Origin: Opitutales bacterium | Lineage (GTDB): Bacteria; Verrucomicrobiota; Verrucomicrobiia; Opitutales; Coraliomargaritaceae | Length of the DNA stretch: 64,000 bases | Assembly (NCBI GenBank): GCA_030729385.1 | Contig: JANQXM010000029.1 | Span: forward strand, 24,853 to 88,852 | Direction: 5' to 3' | Shown: positions 60,222-64,000 of the stretch, piece by piece | Numbering within the stretch: position 1 is the stretch's first letter | How the letters are laid out: each line of letters begins with the position of its first letter | Notes under the pieces: model-generated | What the model was told of the DNA's origin: nothing | Database searches by the model: none | The model's input: the letters and a program-made list of their open reading frames with translations, nothing else | Program-made: the position numbers and the translations under genes

Positions 60222-63200
60222 ATGTTTATGAAAAACAGGTTAACCCATAACGACTCCAATGAACTGATTGCTACTATAGCGAAAAGAGATGTTCTCGGGA
60301 TTAAATTTAAGGCAAATGGACGTGCATCAAAACAGGGCTTTGCCTTGGTAATCGCATTAGGTCTAATGGCTTTTGTGCTTTTATTACTTCTAAGTATTAG
60401 CACATTAGTTCGGGTTGAGAGCTCTAGCGCTCAGAATGGTAAAGACCGTTTGAGAGCTCGAATGAATGCTCAGTTGGGGGCATATATAGCACTCGGAAAT
60501 TTGCAGAAAATGGCAGGCTCCGATCAGCGTGTCACTGCGCGTGCGGATATTCTTTTGGCTCCGAATAGCACTCCGCTGACGGGTGCAGGGCAGTGGACTG
60601 GAGTTTGGTCCAGTAAGTCTAATACTAGTGATGCATTTGATCAGAGCGTGGGCTTGGACCAACATCAGCCGCAGTGGCTAGTTAGTGGAGATATCTCTAA
60701 TTTTGTAGATGCGAATAATCGTCTCACGTCATCCCCAGCAAATGCTGCTAACACTATAAAGATGGCAACACTAGGCTCATCCGTAGAAGTCGCTGAAAGT
60801 GAAGTCGTGGTACCAACGGAAACTATTCTAGGTGAGTCCGATTCGGGAATTGGGAAATACGCGTATTGGGTTAGTGACGATGGGGTCAAAGCGCGTGTTA
60901 ATCTGAATAATCCCTATGCGGATAGCTCATTGACTGATTCAGATTATTACAGTGCGGCAACCGCGCAACAAGGCGATCCATCAGCGGCAAAAGCTAGCGA
61001 CAGTAGCCGCCCATATCTTGCCGATCCCTCGAATACTTCATTGTGGAAGAATCCTACCAGTGGCTTGGATCGAGTTGTCGGATATAAGACCCTACCGCTT
61101 GTAGGAGCGACTGGTAGCGCTGATATGGTATCGCGTCAGTTCTATCATGATTTTACGGTTCATTCCAAGAGCGTGCTTTCCGATGTTAAAAACGGAGGTT
61201 TAAAACAAGATTTATCGACTGCCCTGATTGACCCAGCTGCGAATGGCTTGACCGGTCAGGTCTTCTCAGCCACCGCGGGCGGAACTGCTGACGAAGGGGA
61301 TCCTGGTGGTCCACGCTGGACTCAGCTTGGAGACCATTACCGCTTGGCGCACGATACGAGTTCAGGTGCGATCAATTTCCGCCTGCCGACGAATGATCAA
61401 GTCGGAATTACACCCGTAGTGACTCGCTTAAATTTTGTAATTCAAGCGTTTGCGGAGAAGTATCAAACGCTAGTTCCTGGTCAAAATCTCGCAAATGACT
61501 ACCGCTATACTGTGGGAATTTTTCCGCTGATTACGCTCTGGAATCCATACGATGAGGATCTGGTAATTCCTGATTTGGGCTTCCAAACGGATATGCGTGG
61601 CGTCTATTTGACTGAGGCGCCTGAGGGAGATAATAACATACTAGACCTAATCAAACAGTGGGGCATCATACCGCATCCGGACGATCAAAACAGAGGTATG
61701 ATGGGTATGACGATCTCTGGAACGACCATTCCAGCAGGCACCGCTATTAATTTTGCTCCCCCTGTAAACTCCTATATAAATTGGACCAACGCTGAGCAAA
61801 ATGTGCTGGTGCCTGGTGCAAGTGCGGAATTTGTGAATGGTTTTTACTCCGCTCCAGTGGAACTTCCAGTGACCGCTGCGCAATATCCTTTCTATTTGAA
61901 CGGTAGCAATGCAAGCGTCTGCATGGCTCCATACGCCAATGTCGATACGCAGGTGACAAATCTATATGCGACAACGTTTGAAGAGGACCCGAATCTTGCG
62001 GATCGTTTTTTGGTTTTTGCCACGATTGGTCCCGGTGGTTACTATCGTAATCATCCTTGGTATTCTCCACGGGTGATTGATGTAGATCGATTTGGTGAGG
62101 CGGATTTTAGTTTCATTCAGCCGCAAAACGCATCAGCTGGAACTCCTTTTGATGATTTTTCCCCCATCGATTTGGCAACGATTCGTCAACACGCTCATAC
62201 AATTACGGGCATCGCTCGGATTATAAACTTTCCTAAGTCGGACGTTCGTGAAACTCAAAAAATTCATCTGCTTAGCCAAATGAATCCTCGCGCGCAGATT
62301 ATTCAGGATCAGATGCACGTCCGCATTCAACAACAACAGAACTCTGCTGATAGAAACTATCAATATCGCATGATTGGTTTTGGGCAATATGCGTGGTGGC
62401 AAGGTAACAATCTACCCAATTTCCTAGGAGGAACAGATAGCGAGATTTCTTACGTCGGCTTGGGTAACACTGCTTCCTATGGAAATGAACAAAGTATATT
62501 GTTTGAGGCACCGACTCGTGTGCCACTAGGGATTGGGCAGTTCATGCATGCGAACTTGTCGAACATTGGTGAACTTTCCTACAACTTTGAAGGTAAGAAC
62601 TGGTATAGTAATCTACAGCAGCCACACACCACCCCTGCTTACGCGATAGGCAACTCGATAGCGAATATACACCTCCCGTTGAGTAGCACTAAAGAGGTGA
62701 TTAATTCGAGTTCTCCGATGTTTGATGGTGCGTCTGGAAGTTACTTTAAGGCAGACTGGGCGGGTGCGCATTACGACTATTCATACGAGCTCAATGATGC
62801 ACTCTGGGATCGCTTCTACATGTCGACAATACTGCCCGATAATCAATCGAATGTCAGCTTCCCATTGCCCAATGCACGGATGACTAAATGGAAGGCGGCA
62901 GCCACGGATCAGGATCTAACCAGTAGCGACGAGTCGGCCGCACATATAATGCTAGAAGGCGGGTTTAATGTGAACTCGACTTCAGTAGCTGCATGGACGG
63001 CAGTGCTTGGTGCATTGCGCGACGTGGATACTCTCGGGCAGGGCGCTTCGGCTACGACCCTACGACATAATTTTTCACGCTTTACGGCTCCTGAGTTTGA
63101 GTCGACGGGCTTAATACCTGACTACGGTCAGAACGATCGCCAAGAGTTGATTGCAGGGTTTCGTAGTCTTTCCGACGATCAAATCTCAGACTTGGCTGGA

Positions 63201-63803
63201 GCTATCGTAAAAGAGATACGGACCCGCCGGTCAGCGACTAGTTATCCATTTCTATCGTTATCAGATTTCATAAACCGCTCAATATCTCCCGATGATGTTT
63301 CATCTGCTACAAAGAAGCGTTTTGCATACATGGGCGCGCTTCAGTTTGCTATCGATCAGTCGAGTGTGAACGGAAAGCCAGCAATTGATGAGGGTTGGCA
63401 GTCGCAAAGTGGCAGCGGTCTTTGGGACGACGAATACATTTCTCCGACCTTACCCAGTGATTCTAGCCCGTTCCAGTCAGATTCAATTGAGGTGATCCGC
63501 AATCGCCCGTTTATGGATGCGGCACCGGGTGCGCTCACTCAGGCGGATATACTTGCGAAGGTTGGCTCAATGCTCACTGCGCGTAGTGATACGTTTACGA
63601 TCCGTGGCTATGGTAGCGCAAATACAATCACCACTGGGAAAGTCGATGGTTCGGCATATTGCGAAATGATCGTTCAGCGCACGCCAGAGTATTATGATAA
63701 TGTGGATGAAAATTATGATGTCGCCACAGATCCGACGAATCAACGCTTCGGTCGTAAATTCGAAATTGTTTCCTTTCGCTGGTTAAGCGATGGGGAAATC
63801 TAA
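60222..63803 (+). CDS. 1193-aa membrane-anchored giant protein, GspK-like ends (possibly Verru_Chthon cassette protein A-like)
   Basis: Start moved to ATG 60222, because the TTG at 60132 lies inside the palindrome. N-terminal anchor QGFALVIALGLMAFVLLLLLSIS resembles minor pseudopilin GspK leaders. The C-terminal MLTARSDTFTIRGYGSA...CEMIVQRTPEY is typical of that class. Confidence 0.5.
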   Translation: MFMKNRLTHNDSNELIATIAKRDVLGIKFKANGRASKQGFALVIALGLMAFVLLLLLSISTLVRVESSSAQNGKDRLRARMNAQLGAYIALGNLQKMAGSDQRVTARADILLAPNSTPLTGAGQWTGVWSSKSNTSDAFDQSVGLDQHQPQWLVSGDISNFVDANNRLTSSPANAANTIKMATLGSSVEVAESEVVVPTETILGESDSGIGKYAYWVSDDGVKARVNLNNPYADSSLTDSDYYSAATAQQGDPSAAKASDSSRPYLADPSNTSLWKNPTSGLDRVVGYKTLPLVGATGSADMVSRQFYHDFTVHSKSVLSDVKNGGLKQDLSTALIDPAANGLTGQVFSATAGGTADEGDPGGPRWTQLGDHYRLAHDTSSGAINFRLPTNDQVGITPVVTRLNFVIQAFAEKYQTLVPGQNLANDYRYTVGIFPLITLWNPYDEDLVIPDLGFQTDMRGVYLTEAPEGDNNILDLIKQWGIIPHPDDQNRGMMGMTISGTTIPAGTAINFAPPVNSYINWTNAEQNVLVPGASAEFVNGFYSAPVELPVTAAQYPFYLNGSNASVCMAPYANVDTQVTNLYATTFEEDPNLADRFLVFATIGPGGYYRNHPWYSPRVIDVDRFGEADFSFIQPQNASAGTPFDDFSPIDLATIRQHAHTITGIARIINFPKSDVRETQKIHLLSQMNPRAQIIQDQMHVRIQQQQNSADRNYQYRMIGFGQYAWWQGNNLPNFLGGTDSEISYVGLGNTASYGNEQSILFEAPTRVPLGIGQFMHANLSNIGELSYNFEGKNWYSNLQQPHTTPAYAIGNSIANIHLPLSSTKEVINSSSPMFDGASGSYFKADWAGAHYDYSYELNDALWDRFYMSTILPDNQSNVSFPLPNARMTKWKAAATDQDLTSSDESAAHIMLEGGFNVNSTSVAAWTAVLGALRDVDTLGQGASATTLRHNFSRFTAPEFESTGLIPDYGQNDRQELIAGFRSLSDDQISDLAGAIVKEIRTRRSATSYPFLSLSDFINRSISPDDVSSATKKRFAYMGALQFAIDQSSVNGKPAIDEGWQSQSGSGLWDDEYISPTLPSDSSPFQSDSIEVIRNRPFMDAAPGALTQADILAKVGSMLTARSDTFTIRGYGSANTITTGKVDGSAYCEMIVQRTPEYYDNVDENYDVATDPTNQRFGRKFEIVSFRWLSDGEI

Positions 63804-63833
63804 ACTAGCCATTATTTCATTCGCATACTTATT

Positions 63834-64000
63834 ATGATTTCGAAGAAAAGTCTCCTTGTAGTCTTGTTGACGTGTTTTTGCATGCTGCAAAATGTGTCTG
63901 CCCAAAGCGACGAAGCTGGTTCAGCTTATATTGTGCAATTGCTGTATTTGAATGCTCAAAACCAATCTGCTGCGAATGCTGCGATGGGCGTGAGCTTGAA
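63834..64000 (+). CDS. 5-prime part of a secreted hypothetical protein (runs off the window)
   Basis: ATG 63834. Signal peptide MISKKSLLVVLLTCFCMLQNVSAQS. Open to the window end. Confidence 0.5.
   Translation, partial: MISKKSLLVVLLTCFCMLQNVSAQSDEAGSAYIVQLLYLNAQNQSAANAAMGVSL

Overview
This window reads as part of a marine PVC-superphylum genome, most likely Verrucomicrobiota. The evidence is a DUF1800/DUF1501 pair, a prepilin-type protein of the H-X9-DG kind, a PEP-CTERM tail, many S1 sulfatases, and no SusC/SusD or TonB-dependent receptor genes. Most of the window is a utilisation locus for red-algal sulfated galactan (agar/porphyran type). It holds 8 intact Cys-type sulfatases plus one 3-prime remnant, and these glycoside hydrolases: 3 cytoplasmic GH2, 4 GH16 or GH16-like modules with different N-terminal partners (one fused to a sulfatase), a clear GH117, 2 clan GH-A paralogs (GH86-like), a GH50-like protein, a GH43-like beta-propeller and a DUF1080 protein. 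It also holds a GPH-family sugar symporter, an aldehyde dehydrogenase plus enolase-superfamily cycloisomerase pair (the 3,6-anhydrogalactose route), and a ferredoxin-P450-ADH-esterase operon (candidate 6-O-methyl-galactose demethylation plus formaldehyde handling). Regulators are two AraC-type and one LacI-type. Outside the enzymatic core are two giant secreted proteins with thrombospondin-type-3 Ca-binding repeats that share a paralogous module. One of them is fused to DUF1800 and is followed by a Tat-DUF1501 and a GspG-fold protein. A 1193-aa GspK-like giant protein sits at the right edge. Non-coding structure not visible in the ORF track includes two identical 249-bp MITE copies (20-bp TIR, 8-bp TSD) inserted at the same position of a second GC-rich palindromic repeat family. 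It also includes a 161-bp long-hairpin element, an identical 15-mer operator-like site upstream of two distant transcription units (with a weaker third copy), a 21-bp-phased direct repeat in the P450/AraC divergent promoter, and a recurrent TTACACGTGTAA palindrome upstream of the surface-protein genes. All family assignments come from reading motifs by eye and need HMM or BLAST confirmation.
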